Made by a program: the position numbers and the translations under genes
NCBI GenBank assembly: GCA_964016885.1
Contig: OZ024744.1
Span: 806,001-870,000, forward strand
Source: Eledone cirrhosa
Lineage: Eukaryota
Length of the DNA: 64,000 nt
Reading direction: 5' to 3'
Notes under the pieces: generated by a model
What the model was told of the DNA's origin: nothing
The model's database searches: none
The model's input: only the letters and a program-made list of their open reading frames with translations
Part shown: positions 1 to 12,670 of the stretch, in pieces
How the letters are laid out: every line of letters begins with the position of its first letter
Position numbering within the stretch: the stretch's first letter is position 1

Positions 1-274
1 GAAGTTTTGGGGGAAGACAAGGTAGAGAAAGATAGCTTGGTGAAGAACGACGTTTTGTGGGAAGACAAGGTAGAGAAACATAGTTGGTGAAGAACGAAGT
101 TTTGAGGGAAGACAAGGTAGAGAAAGATAGCTTGATGAAGAACGAAGTTTTGAGGGAAGACAAGGTAGAGAAAGATAGCTTGGTGAAGAACGAAGTTTTG
201 AGGGAAGACAAGGTAGAGAAAGATAGCTTGATGAAGAACGAAGTTTTGAGGGAAGACAAGGTAGAGAAAGATAG

Positions 275-2429
275 TTGGTAAAGAACGGAGTTTTGAGGGA
301 AGACAAGGTAGAGAAAGATAGCTTGGTGAAGAACGACGTTTTGAGGGAAGACAAGGTATAGAAAGATAGCTTGGTGAAGAACGACGTTTTCGGGGAAGAA
401 AAGGTAGAGAAAGATAGCTTGGTGAAGAACAAAGTTTTGGGGGAAGACAAGGTAGAGAAAGATAGCTTGGTGAAGAACGAAGTATTGAGGGAAGACTCGG
501 TAGAGAAAGATAGCTTGGTGAAGAACGAAGTTTTGAGGGAAGACAAGGTAGAGAAAGATAGCTTGGTGAAGAACGAGGTTTTGAGGGAAGACAATGTAGA
601 GAAAGATAGCTTGGTGAAGAACGAAGTTTTGGGGGAAGACAAGGTAGAGAAAGATAGCTTGGTGAAGAACGAAGTTTTGGGGGATGACAAAGTAGAGAAA
701 GATAGCTTGGTGAAGAACGAAGTTTTGGGGGAAGACAAGGTAGAGAAAGATAGCTTGATGAAGAACGAAGTTTTGGGGGAAGACAAGGAAGAGAAAGATA
801 GCTTGGTGAAGAACGAAGTTTTGAGGGAAGACAAGGTAGAGAAAGATAGCTTGGTGAAGAACGAAGTTTTGGGGGAAGACAAGGTAGAGAAAGATAGCTT
901 GGTGAAGAACGAAGTTTTGCGGGAAGACAAGGTAGAGAAATATAGCTCGGTGAAGAACGAAATTTTGAGGGAAGACAAGGTAGAGAAAGATAGCTTGGTG
1001 AAGAACGAGGTTTTGGGGGAAGACAAGGTAGAGAAAGATAGCTTGGTGAAGAACGAAGTTTTGAGGAAGACAAGGTAGAGAAAGATAGCTTGGTGAAGAA
1101 CGAAGTTATGAGGGAAGACAAGGTAGAGAAAGATAGTTGGTGAAGAACGAAGTTTTGAGGGAAGACAAGGTAGAGAAAGATAGCTTGGTGAAGAACGACG
1201 TTTTGAGGGAAGACAAGGTAGAGAAAGATAGCTTGGTGAAGAACGAAGTTTTGGGGGAAGACAAGGTAGAGAAAGATAGCTTGGTGAAGAACGAAGTTTT
1301 GAGGGAAGACAAGGTAGAGAAAGATAGCTTGGTGAAGAACGAAGTTTTGGGGGAAGACAAGGTAGAGAAAGATAGCTTGGTGAAGAACGAAGATTTGAGG
1401 GAAGACAAGGTAGAGAAAGATAGTTGGTAAAGAACGGAGTTTTGAGGGAAGACAAGGTAGAGAAAGATAGCTTGGTGAAGAACGACGTTTTGAGGGAAGA
1501 CAAGGTATAGAAAGATAGCTTGGTGAAGAACGACGTTTTCGGGGAAGAAAAGGTAGAGAAAGATAGCTTGGTGAAGAACAAAGTTTTGGGGGAAGACAAG
1601 GTAGAGAAAGATAGCTTGGTGAAGAACGAAGTATTGAGGGAAGACTCGGTAGAGAAAGATAGCTTGGTGAAGAACGAAGTTTTGAGGGAAGACAAGGTAG
1701 AGAAAGATAGCTTGGTGAAGAACGAGGTTTTGAGGGAAGACAATGTAGAGAAAGATAGCTTGGTGAAGAACGAAGTTTTGGGGGAAGACAAGGTAGAGAA
1801 AGATAGCTTGGTGAAGAACGAAGTTTTGGGGGATGACAAAGTAGAGAAAGATAGCTTGGTGAAGAACGAAGTTTTGGGGGAAGACAAGGTAGAGAAAGAT
1901 AGCTTGATGAAGAACGAAGTTTTGGGGGAAGACAAGGAAGAGAAATATAGCTTCGTGAAGAACGAAGTTTTGAGGGAAGACAAGGTAGAGAAAGATAGCT
2001 TGGTGAAGAACGAAGTTTTGGGGGAAGACAAGGTAGAGAAAGATAGCTTGGTGAAGAACGAAGTTTTGCGGGAAGACAAGGTAGAGAAATATAGCTCGGT
2101 GAAGAACGAAATTTTGAGGGAAGACAAGGTAGAGAAAGATAGCTTGGTGAAGAACGAGGTTTTGGGGGAAGACAAGGTAGAGAAAGATAGCTTGGTGAAG
2201 AACGAAGTTTTGAGGAAGACAAGGTAGAGAAAGATAGCTTGGTGAAGAACGAAGTTATGAGGGAAGACAAGGTAGAGAAAGATAGTTGGTGAAGAACGAA
2301 GTTTTGAGGGAAGACAAGGTAGAGAAAGATAGCTTGGTGAAGAACGACGTTTTGAGGGAAGACAAGGTAGAGAAAGATAGCTTGGTGAAGAACGAAGTTT
2401 TGGGGGAAGACAAGGTAGAGAAAGATAGC
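275..2429 (+). repeat. Higher-order duplication, offset 1,149 bp (24 monomers minus 3 bp): about 275-1280 copied at about 1424-2429
   Basis: The variant TTGGTAAAGAACGGAG starts at 275 and 1424. ORF starts 371/1520 and 1137/2286 have the same offset and the same variant order. Copy 2 has a private AAATATAGCTTCGTG at about 1943-1957. Confidence 0.92.
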
Positions 2430-2620
2430 TTGATGAAGTACGAAGTTTTGGGGGAAGACAAGGTAGAGAAAGATAGCTTGGTGAAGAACGACGTTTTGTG
2501 GGAAGACAAGGTAGAGAAACATAGTTGGTGAAGAACGAAGTTTTGAGGGAAGACAAGGTAGAGAAAGATAGCTTGATGAAGAACGAAGTTTTGAGGGAAG
2601 ACAAGGTAGAGAAAGATAGC

Positions 2621-5600
2621 TTGGTGAAGAACGAAGTTTTGAGGGAAGACAAGGTAGAGAAAGATAGCTTGATGAAGAACGAAGTTTTGAGGGAAGACAA
2701 GGTAGAGAAAGATAGCTTGATGAAGTACGAAGTTTTGGGGGAAGACAAGGTAGAGAAAGATAGCTTGGTGAAGAACGAAGTTTTGAGGGAAGACAAGGTA
2801 GAGAAAGATAGCTTGATGAAGAACGAAGTTTTGAGGGAAGACAAGGTAGAGAAAGATAGCTTGGTGAAGAACGAAGTTTTAAGGGAAGACAAAGTATAGA
2901 AAGATGGCTTGGTGAAGAACGAAGTTTTGGGGAAGACAATGTAGAGAAAGATAGCTTGATGAAGAACGAAGTTTTGGGGGAAGACAAGGTAGAGAAAGAT
3001 AGCTTGGTGAAGAACGAAGTTTTGAGGGAAGACAAGGTAGAGAAAGATAGCTTGGTGAAGAACGAAGTTTTGAGGGGAGACAAAGTATAGAAAGATAGCT
3101 TGGTGAAGAACGAAGTTTTGGGGGAAGACAATGTAGAGAAAGATAGCTTGATGAAGAACGAAGTTTTAGGGAAGACAAGGTAGAGAAAGATAGCTTGGTG
3201 AAGAACGAAGTTTTGAGGGAAGACAAGGTAGAGAAAGATAGCTTGGTGAAGAACGAAGTTTTGGGGGAAGACAAGGTAGAGAAAGATAGCTTGGTGAAGA
3301 ACGAAGTTTTGAGGGAAGACAAGGTAGAGAAAGATAGCTTGGTGAAGAACGAAGTTTTGGGGGAAGACAAGGTAGAGAAAGATAGCTTGGTGAAGAACGA
3401 AGTTTTGAGGGAAGACAAGGTAGAGAAAGATAGTTGGTAAAGAACGAAGTTTTGAGGGAAGACAAGGTAGAGAAAGATAGCTTGGTGAAGAACGACGTTT
3501 TGAGGGAAGACAAGGTATAGAAAGATAGCTTGGTGAAGAACAACGTTTTCGGGGAAGAAAAGGTAGAGAAAGATAGCTTGGTGAAGAACAAAGTTTTGGG
3601 GGAAGACAAGGTAGAGAAAGATAGCTTGGTGAAGAACGAAGTATTGAGGGAAGACTCGGTAGAGAAAGATAGCTTGGTGAAGAACGAAGTTTTGAGGGAA
3701 GACAAGGTAGAGAAAGATAGCTTGGTGAAGAACGAGGTTTTGAGGGAAGACAATGTAGAGAAAGATAGCTTGGTGAAGAACGAAGTTTTGGGGGAAGGCA
3801 AGGTAGAGAAAGATAGCTTGGTGAAGAACGAAGTTTTGGGGGATGACAAAGTAGAGAAAGATAGCTTGGTGAAGAACGAAGTTTTGGGGGAAGACAAGGT
3901 AGAGAAAGATAGCTTGATGAAGAACGAAGTTTTGGGGGAAGACAAGGAAGAGAAAGATAGCTTGGTGAAGAACGAAGTTTTGAGGGAAGACAAGGTAGAG
4001 AAAGATAGCTTGGTGAAGAACGAAGTTTTGGGGGAAGACAAGGTAGAGAAAGATAACTTGGTGAAGAACGAAGTTTTGCGGGAAGACAAGGTAGAGAAAT
4101 ATAGCCCGGTGAAGAACGAAGTTTTGAGGGAAGACAAGGTAGAGAAAGATAGCTTGGTGAAGAACGAAGTTTTGGGGGAAGACAAGGTAGAGAAAGATAG
4201 CTTGGTGAAGAACGAAGTTTTGAGGAAGACAAGGTAGAGAAAGATAGCTTGGTGAAGAACGAATTTTGGGGGAAGACAAGGTAGAGAAAGATAGCTTGGT
4301 GAAGAACGAAGTTTTGAGGGAAGACAAGTTAGAGAAAGATAGCTTGGTGAAGAACGACGTTTTGAGGGAAGACAAGGTAGAGAAAGATAGCTTGGTGAAG
4401 AACGAAGTTTTGGGGGAAGACAAGGTAGAGAAAGATAGCTTGATGAAGTACGAAGTTTTGGGGGAAGACAAGGTAGAGAAAGATAGCTTGGTGAAGAACG
4501 ACGTTTTGTGGGAAGACAAGGTAGAGAAACATAGTTGGTGAAGAACGAAGTTTTGAGGGAAGACAAGGTAGAGAAAGATAGCTTGATGAAGAACGAGGTT
4601 TTGAGGGAAGACAAGGTAGAGAAAGATAGCTTGGTGAAGAACGAAGTTTTGAGGTAAGACAAGGTAGAGAAAGATAGCTTGATGAAGAACGAAGTTTTGA
4701 GGGAAGACAAGGTAGAGAAAGATAGCTTGATGAAGTACGAAGTTTTGGGGGAAGACAAGGTAGAGAAAGATAGCTTGGTGAAGAACGAAGTTTTGAGGGA
4801 AGACAAGGTAGAGAAAGATAGCTTGATGAAGAACGAAGTTTTGAGGGAAGACAAGGTAGAGAAAGATAGCTTGGTGAAGAACGAAGTTTTGAGGGAAGAC
4901 AAAGTATAGAAAGATAGCTTGGTGAAGAACGAAGTTTTGGGGGAAGACAATGTAGAGAAAGATAGCTTGATGAAGAACGAAGTTCTGGGGGAAGACAAGG
5001 TAGAGAAAGATAGCTTGGTGAAGAACGAAGTTTTGAGGGAAGACAAGGTAGAGAAAGATAGCTTGGTGAAGAACGAAGTTTTGGGGGAAGACAAGGTAGA
5101 GAAAGATAGCTTGGTGAAGAACGAAGTTTTGAGGGAAGACAAGGTAGAGAAAGATAGCTTGGTGAAGAACGAAGTTTTGGGGGAAGACAAGGTAGAGAAA
5201 GATAGCTTGGTGAAGAACGAAGTTTTGAGGGAAGACAAGGTAGAGAAAGATAGTTGGTGAAGAACGAAATTTTGAGGGAAGACAAGGTAGAGAAAAATAG
5301 CTTGGTGAAGAACGAAGTTTTGAGGGAAGACAAGGTAGAGAAAGATAGCTTGGTGAAGAACGAAGTTTTGGGGGAAGACAAGGTAGAGAAAGATAGCTTG
5401 ATGAAGTACGAAGTTTTGGGGGAAGACAGGGTAGAGAAAGATAGCTTGGTGAAGAACGACGTTTTGAGGGAAGACAAGGTAGAGAAAGATAGTTGGTAAA
5501 GAACGAAGTTTTGAGGGAAGACAAGGTAGAGAAAGATAGCTTGGTGAAGAACGACGTTTTGAGGGAAGACAAGGTATAGAAAGATAGCTTGGTGAAGAAC

Positions 5601-8600
5601 GACGTTTTCGGGGAAGAAAAGGTAGAGAAAGATAGCTTGGTGAAGAACAAAGTTTTGGGGGAAGACAAGGTAGAGAAAGATAGCTTGGTGAAGAACGAAG
5701 TATTGAGGGAAGACTCGGTAGAGAAAGATAGCTTGGTGAAGAACGAAGTTTTGAGGGAAGACAAGGTAGAGAAAGATAGCTTGGTGAAGAACGAGGTTTT
5801 GAGGGAAGACAATGTAGAGAAAGATAGCTTGGTGAAGAACGAAGTTTTGGGGGAAGGCAAGGTAGAGAAAGATAGCTTGGTGAAGAACGAAGTTTTGGGG
5901 GATGACAAAGTAGAGAAAGATAGCTTGGTGAAGAACGAAGTTTTGGGGGAAGACAAGGTAGAGAAAGATAGCTTGATGAAGAACGAAGTTTTGGGGGAAG
6001 ACAAGGAAGAGAAAGATAGCTTGGTGAAGAACGAAGTTTTGAGGGAAGACAAGGTAGAGAAAGATAGCTTGGTGAAGAACGAAGTTTTGGGGGAAGACAA
6101 GGTAGAGAAAGATAGCTTGGTGAAGAACGAAGTTTTGCGGGAAGACAAGGTAGAGAAATATAGCTCGGTGAAGAACGAAATTTTGAGGGAAGACAAGGTA
6201 GAGAAAGATAGCTTGGTGAAGAACGAGGTTTTGGGGGAAGACAAGGTAGAGAAAGATAGCTTGGTGAAGAACGAAGTTTTGAGGAAGACAAGGTAGAGAA
6301 AGATAGCTTGGTGAAGAACGAAGTTATGAGGGAAGACAAGGTAGAGAAAGATAGTTGGTGAAGAACGAAGTTTTGAGGGAAGACAAGGTAGAGAAAGATA
6401 GCTTGGTGAAGAACGACGTTTTGAGGGAAGACAAGGTAGAGAAAGATAGCTTGGTGAAGAACGAAGTTTTGGGGGAAGACAAGGTAGAGAAAGATAGCTT
6501 GATGAAGTACGAAGTTTTGGGGGAAGACAAGGTAGAGAAAGATAGCTTGGTGAAGAACGAAGTTTTGAGGGAAGACAAGGTAGAGAAAGATAGCTTGATG
6601 AAGAACGAAGTTTTGAGGGAAGACAAGGTAGAGAAAGATAGCTTGATGAAGTACGAAGTTTTGGGGGAAGACAAGGTAGAGAAAGATAGCTTGGTGAAGA
6701 ACGAAGTTTTGAGGGAAGACAAGGTAGAGAAAGATAGCTTGATGAAGAACGAAGTTTTGAGGGAAGACAAGGTAGAGAAAGATAGCTTGGTGAAGAACGA
6801 AGTTTTAAGGGAAGACAAAGTATAGAAAGATGGCTTGGTGAAGAACGAAGTTTTGGGGAAGACAATGTAGAGAAAGATAGCTTGATGAAGAACGAAGTTT
6901 TGGGGGAAGACAAGGTAGAGAAAGATAGCTTGGTGAAGAACGAAGTTTTGAGGGAAGACAAGGTAGAGAAAGATAGCTTGGTGAAGAACGAAGTTTTGAG
7001 GGGAGACAAAGTATAGAAAGATAGCTTGGTGAAGAACGAAGTTTTGGGGGAAGACAATGTAGAGAAAGATAGCTTGATGAAGAACGAAGTTTTAGGGAAG
7101 ACAAGGTAGAGAAAGATAGCTTGGTGAAGAACGAAGTTTTGAGGGAAGACAAGGTAGAGAAAGATAGCTTGGTGAAGAACGAAGTTTTGGGGGAAGACAA
7201 GGTAGAGAAAGATAGCTTGGTGAAGAACGAAGTTTTGAGGGAAGACAAGGTAGAGAAAGATAGCTTGGTGAAGAACGAAGTTTTGGGGGAAGACAAGGTA
7301 GAGAAAGATAGCTTGGTGAAGAACGAAGTTTTGAGGGAAGACAAGGTAGAGAAAGATAGTTGGTAAAGAACGAAGTTTTGAGGGAAGACAAGGTAGAGAA
7401 AGATAGCTTGGTGAAGAACGACGTTTTGAGGGAAGACAAGGTATAGAAAGATAGCTTGGTGAAGAACGACGTTTTCGGGGAAGAAAAGGTAGAGAAAGAT
7501 AGCTTGGTGAAGAACAAAGTTTTGGGGGAAGACAAGGTAGAGAAAGATAGCTTGGTGAAGAACGAAGTATTGAGGGAAGACTCGGTAGAGAAAGATAGCT
7601 TGGTGAAGAACGAAGTTTTGAGGGAAGACAAGGTAGAGAAAGATAGCTTGGTGAAGAACGAGGTTTTGAGGGAAGACAATGTAGAGAAAGATAGCTTGGT
7701 GAAGAACGAAGTTTTGGGGGAAGGCAAGGTAGAGAAAGATAGCTTGGTGAAGAACGAAGTTTTGGGGGATGACAAAGTAGAGAAAGATAGCTTGGTGAAG
7801 AACGAAGTTTTGGGGGAAGACAAGGTAGAGAAAGATAGCTTGATGAAGAACGAAGTTTTGGGGGAAGACAAGGAAGAGAAAGATAGCTTGGTGAAGAACG
7901 AAGTTTTGAGGGAAGACAAGGTAGAGAAAGATAGCTTGGTGAAGAACGAAGTTTTGGGGGAAGACAAGGTAGAGAAAGATAACTTGGTGAAGAACGAAGT
8001 TTTGCGGGAAGACAAGGTAGAGAAATATAGCCCGGTGAAGAACGAAGTTTTGAGGGAAGACAAGGTAGAGAAAGATAGCTTGGTGAAGAACGAAGTTTTG
8101 GGGGAAGACAAGGTAGAGAAAGATAGCTTGGTGAAGAACGAAGTTTTGAGGAAGACAAGGTAGAGAAAGATAGCTTGGTGAAGAACGAAGTTTTGGGGGA
8201 AGACAAGGTAGAGAAAGATAGCTTGGTGAAGAACGAAGTTTTGAGGGAAGACAAGGTAGAGAAAGATAGCTTGGTGAAGAACGACGTTTTGAGGGAAGAC
8301 AAGGTAGAGAAAGATAGCTTGGTGAAGAACGAAGTTTTGGGGGAAGACAAGGTAGAGAAAGATAGCTTGATGAAGTACGAAGTTTTGGGGGAAGACAAGG
8401 TAGAGAAAGATAGCTTGGTGAAGAACGACGTTTTGTGGGAAGACAAGGTAGAGAAACATAGTTGGTGAAGAACGAAGTTTTGAGGGAAGACAAGGTAGAG
8501 AAAGATAGCTTGATGAAGAACGAGGTTTTGAGAGAAGACAAGGTAGAGAAAGATAGCTTGGTGAAGAACGAAGTTTTGAGGTAAGACAAGGTAGAGAAAG

Positions 8601-9850
8601 ATAGCTTGATGAAGAACGAAGTTTTGAGGGAAGACAAGGTAGAGAAAGATAGCTTGATGAAGTACGAAGTTTTGGGGGAAGACAAGGTAGAGAAAGATAG
8701 CTTGGTGAAGAACGAAGTTTTGAGGGAAGACAAGGTAGAGAAAGATAGCTTGATGAAGAACGAAGTTTTGAGGGAAGACAAGGTAGAGAAAGATAGCTTG
8801 GTGAAGAACGAAGTTTTGAGGGAAGACAAAGTATAGAAAGATAGCTTGGTGAAGAACGAAGTTTTGGGGGAAGACAATGTAGAGAAAGATAGCTTGATGA
8901 AGAACGAAGTTCTGGGGGAAGACAAGGTAGAGAAAGATAGCTTGGTGAAGAACGAAGTTTTGAGGGAAGACAAGGTAGAGAAAGATAGCTTGGTGAAGAA
9001 CGAAGTTTTGGGGGAAGACAAGGTAGAGAAAGATAGCTTGGTGAAGAACGAAGTTTTGAGGGAAGACAAGGTAGAGAAAGATAGCTTGGTGAAGAACGAA
9101 GTTTTGGGGGAAGACAAGGTAGAGAAAGATAGCTTGGTGAAGAACGAAGTTTTGAGGGAAGACAAGGTAGAGAAAGATAGTTGGTGAAGAACGAAATTTT
9201 GAGGGAAGACAAGGTAGAGAAAAATAGCTTGGTGAAGAACGACGTTTTGAGGGAAGACAAGGTAGAGAAAGATAGCTTGGTGAAGAACGAAGTTTTGGGG
9301 GAAGACAAGGTAGAGAAAGATAGCTTGATGAAGTACGAAGTTTTGGGGGAAGACAGGGTAGAGAAAGATAGCTTGGTGAAGAACGACGTTTTGAGGGAAG
9401 ACAAGGTAGAGAAAGATAGTTGGTAAAGAACGAAGTTTTGAGGGAAGACAAGGTAGAGAAAGATAGCTTGGTGAAGAACGACGTTTTGAGGGAAGACAAG
9501 GTATAGAAAGATAGCTTGGTGAAGAACGACGTTTTCGGGGAAGAAAAGGTAGAGAAAGATAGCTTGGTGAAGAACAAAGTTTTGGGGGAAGACAAGGTAG
9601 AGAAAGATAGCTTGGTGAAGAACGAAGTATTGAGGGAAGACTCGGTAGAGAAAGATAGCTTGGTGAAGAACGAAGTTTTGAGGGAAGACAAGGTAGAGAA
9701 AGATAGCTTGGTGAAGAACGAGGTTTTGAGGGAAGACAATGTAGAGAAAGATAGCTTGGTGAAGAACGAAGTTTTGGGGGAAGGCAAGGTAGAGAAAGAT
9801 AGCTTGGTGAAGAACGAAGTTTTGGGGGATGACAAAGTAGAGAAAGATAG
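2621..9850 (+). repeat. Higher-order duplication, offset 3,926/3,927 bp (82 monomers): about 2620-5920 copied at about 6550-9850
   Basis: The rare string TTTTAAGGGAAGACAAAGTATAGAAAGATGGC occurs at about 2877 and about 6803. ORF pairs 3195/7121 and 3530/7456 differ by 3,926, and 4679/8606, 4919/8846, 5254/9181 and 5589/9516 differ by 3,927. The 1-bp change is explained by a private deletion (GAATTTTGGG) at about 4263. Confidence 0.9.
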
Positions 9851-12670
9851 CTTGGTGAAGAACGAAGTTTTGGGGGAAGACAAGGAAGAGAAAGATAGCT
9901 TGGTGAAGAACGAAGTTTTGAGGGAAGACAAGGTAGAGAAAGATAGCTTGGTGAAGAACGAAGTTTTGGGGGAAGACAAGGTAGAGAAAGATAGCTTGGT
10001 GAAGAACGAAGTTTTGCGGGAAGACAAGGTAGAGAAATATAGCTCGGTGAAGAACGAAGTTTTGAGGGAAGACAAGGTAGAGAAAGATAGCTTGGTGAAG
10101 AACGAAGTTTTGGGGGAAGACAAGGTAGAGAAAGATGGCTTGGTGAAGAACGAAGTTTTGAGGGAGGACAAGGTAGAGAAAGATAGCTTGGTGAAGAACG
10201 ACGTTTTGAGGGAAGACAAGGTAGAGAAAGATAGCTTGGTGAAGAACGAAGTTTTGGCGGAAGACAAGGTAGAGAAAGATAGCTTGATGAAGAACGAAGT
10301 TTTGGGGGATGACAAAGTAGAGAAAGATAGCTTGGTGAAGAACGAAGTTTTGGGGGAAGACAAGGTAGAGAAAGATAGCTTGATGAAGAACGAAGTTTTG
10401 GGGGAAGACAAGGAAGAGAAAGATAGCTTGGTGAAGAACGAAGTTTTGAGGGAAGACAAGGTAGAGAAAGATAGCTTGGTGAAGAACGAAGTTTTGGGGG
10501 AAGACAAGGTAGAGAAAGATAACTTGGTGAAGAACGAAGTTTTGCGGGAAGACAAGGTAGAGAAATATAGCCCGGTGAAGAACGAAGTTTTGAGGGAAGA
10601 CAAGGTAGAGAAAGATAGCTTGGTGAAGAACGAAGTTTTGGGGGAAGACAAGGTAGAGAAAGATAGCTTGGTGAAGAACGAAGTTTTGAGGAAGACAAGG
10701 TAGAGAAAGATAGCTTGGTGAAGAACGAAGTTTTGGGGGAAGACAAGGTAGAGAAAGATAGCTTGGTGAAGAACGAAGTTTTGAGGGAAGACAAGGTAGA
10801 GAAAGATAGCTTGGTGAAGAACGACGTTTTGAGGGAAGACAAGGTAGAGAAAGATAGCTTGGTGAAGAACGAAGTTTTGGGGGAAGACAAGGTAGAGAAA
10901 GATAGCTTGATGAAGTACGAAGTTTTGGGGGAAGACAAGGTAGAGAAAGATAGCTTGGTGAAGAACGACGTTTTGTGGGAAGACAAGGTAGAGAAACATA
11001 GTTGGTGAAGAACGAAGTTTTGAGGGAAGACAAGGTAGAGAAAGATAGCTTGATGAAGAACGAGGTTTTGAGGGAAGACAAGGTAGAGAAAGATAGCTTG
11101 GTGAAGAACGAAGTTTTGAGGTAAGACAAGGTAGAGAAAGATAGCTTGATGAAGAACGAAGTTTTGAGGGAAGACAAGGTAGAGAAAGATAGCTTGATGA
11201 AGTACGAAGTTTTGGGGGAAGACAAGGTAGAGAAAGATAGCTTGGTGAAGAACGAAGTTTTGAGGGAAGACAAGGTAGAGAAAGATAGCTTGATGAAGAA
11301 CGAAGTTTTGAGGGAAGACAAGGTAGAGAAAGATAGCTTGGTGAAGAACGAAGTTTTGAGGGAAGACAAAGTATAGAAAGATAGCTTGGTGAAGAACGAA
11401 GTTTTGGGGGAAGACAATGTAGAGAAAGATAGCTTGATGAAGAACGAAGTTCTGGGGGAAGACAAGGTAGAGAAAGATAGCTTGGTGAAGAACGAAGTTT
11501 TGAGGGAAGACAAGGTAGAGAAAGATAGCTTGGTGAAGAACGAAGTTTTGGGGGAAGACAAGGTAGAGAAAGATAGCTTGGTGAAGAACGAAATTTTGAG
11601 GGAAGACAAGGTAGAGAAAGATAGCTTGGTGAAGAACGAAGTTTTGGGGGAAGACAAGGTAGAGAAAGATAGCTTGGTGAAGAACGAAGTTTTGAGGGAA
11701 GACAAGGTAGAGAAAGATAGTTGGTGAAGAACGAAATTTTGAGGGAAGACAAGGTAGAGAAAAATAGCTTGGTGAAGAACGACGTTTTGAGGGAAGACAA
11801 GGTAGAGAAAGATAGCTTGGTGAAGAACGAAGTTTTGGGGGAAGACAAGGTAGAGAAAGATAGCTTGATGAAGTACGAAGTTTTGGGGGAAGACAGGGTA
11901 GAGAAAGATAGCTTGGTGAAGAACGACGTTTTGAGGGAAGACAAGGTAGAGAAAGATAGTTGGTAAAGAACGAAGTTTTGAGGGAAGACAAGGTAGAGAA
12001 AGATAGCTTGGTGAAGAACGACGTTTTGAGGGAAGACAAGGTATAGAAAGATAGCTTGGTGAAGAACGACGTTTTCGGGGAAGAAAAGGTAGAGAAAGAT
12101 AGCTTGGTGAAGAACAAAGTTTTGGGGGAAGACAAGGTAGAGAAAGATAGCTTGGTGAAGAACGAAGTATTGAGGGAAGACTCGGTAGAGAAAGATAGCT
12201 TGGTGAAGAACGAAGTTTTGAGGGAAGACAAGGTAGAGAAAGATAGCTTGGTGAAGAAGGAGGTTTTGAGGGAAGACAATGTAGAGAAAGATAGCTTGGT
12301 GAAGAACGAAGTTTTGGGGGAAGGCAAGGTAGAGAAAGATAGCTTGGTGAAGAACGAAGTTTTGGGGGATGACAAAGTAGAGAAAGATAGCTTGGTGAAG
12401 AACGAAGTTTTGGGGGAAGACAAGGAAGAGAAAGATAGCTTGGTGAAGAACGAAGTTTTGAGGGAAGACAAGGTAGAGAAAGATAGCTTGGTGAAGAACG
12501 AAGTTTTGGGGGAAGACAAGGTAGAGAAAGATAGCTTGGTGAAGAACGAAGTTTTGCGGGAAGACAAGGTAGAGAAATATAGCTCGGTGAAGAACGAAGT
12601 TTTGAGGGAAGACAAGGTAGAGAAAGATAGCTTGGTGAAGAACGAAGTTTTGGGGGAAGACAAGGTAGAG
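7744..12670 (+). repeat. Higher-order duplication, offset 2,540 bp (53 monomers minus 4 bp): about 7744-10130 copied at about 10284-12670
   Basis: ORF pairs 8175/10715, 8606/11146, 8846/11386, 9181/11721 and 9516/12056 all differ by 2,540. Both copies share GATAACTTGG, ATAGCCCGG, GAGGTAAGAC, GTTCTGGGG and GACAGGGTA. Confidence 0.9.
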
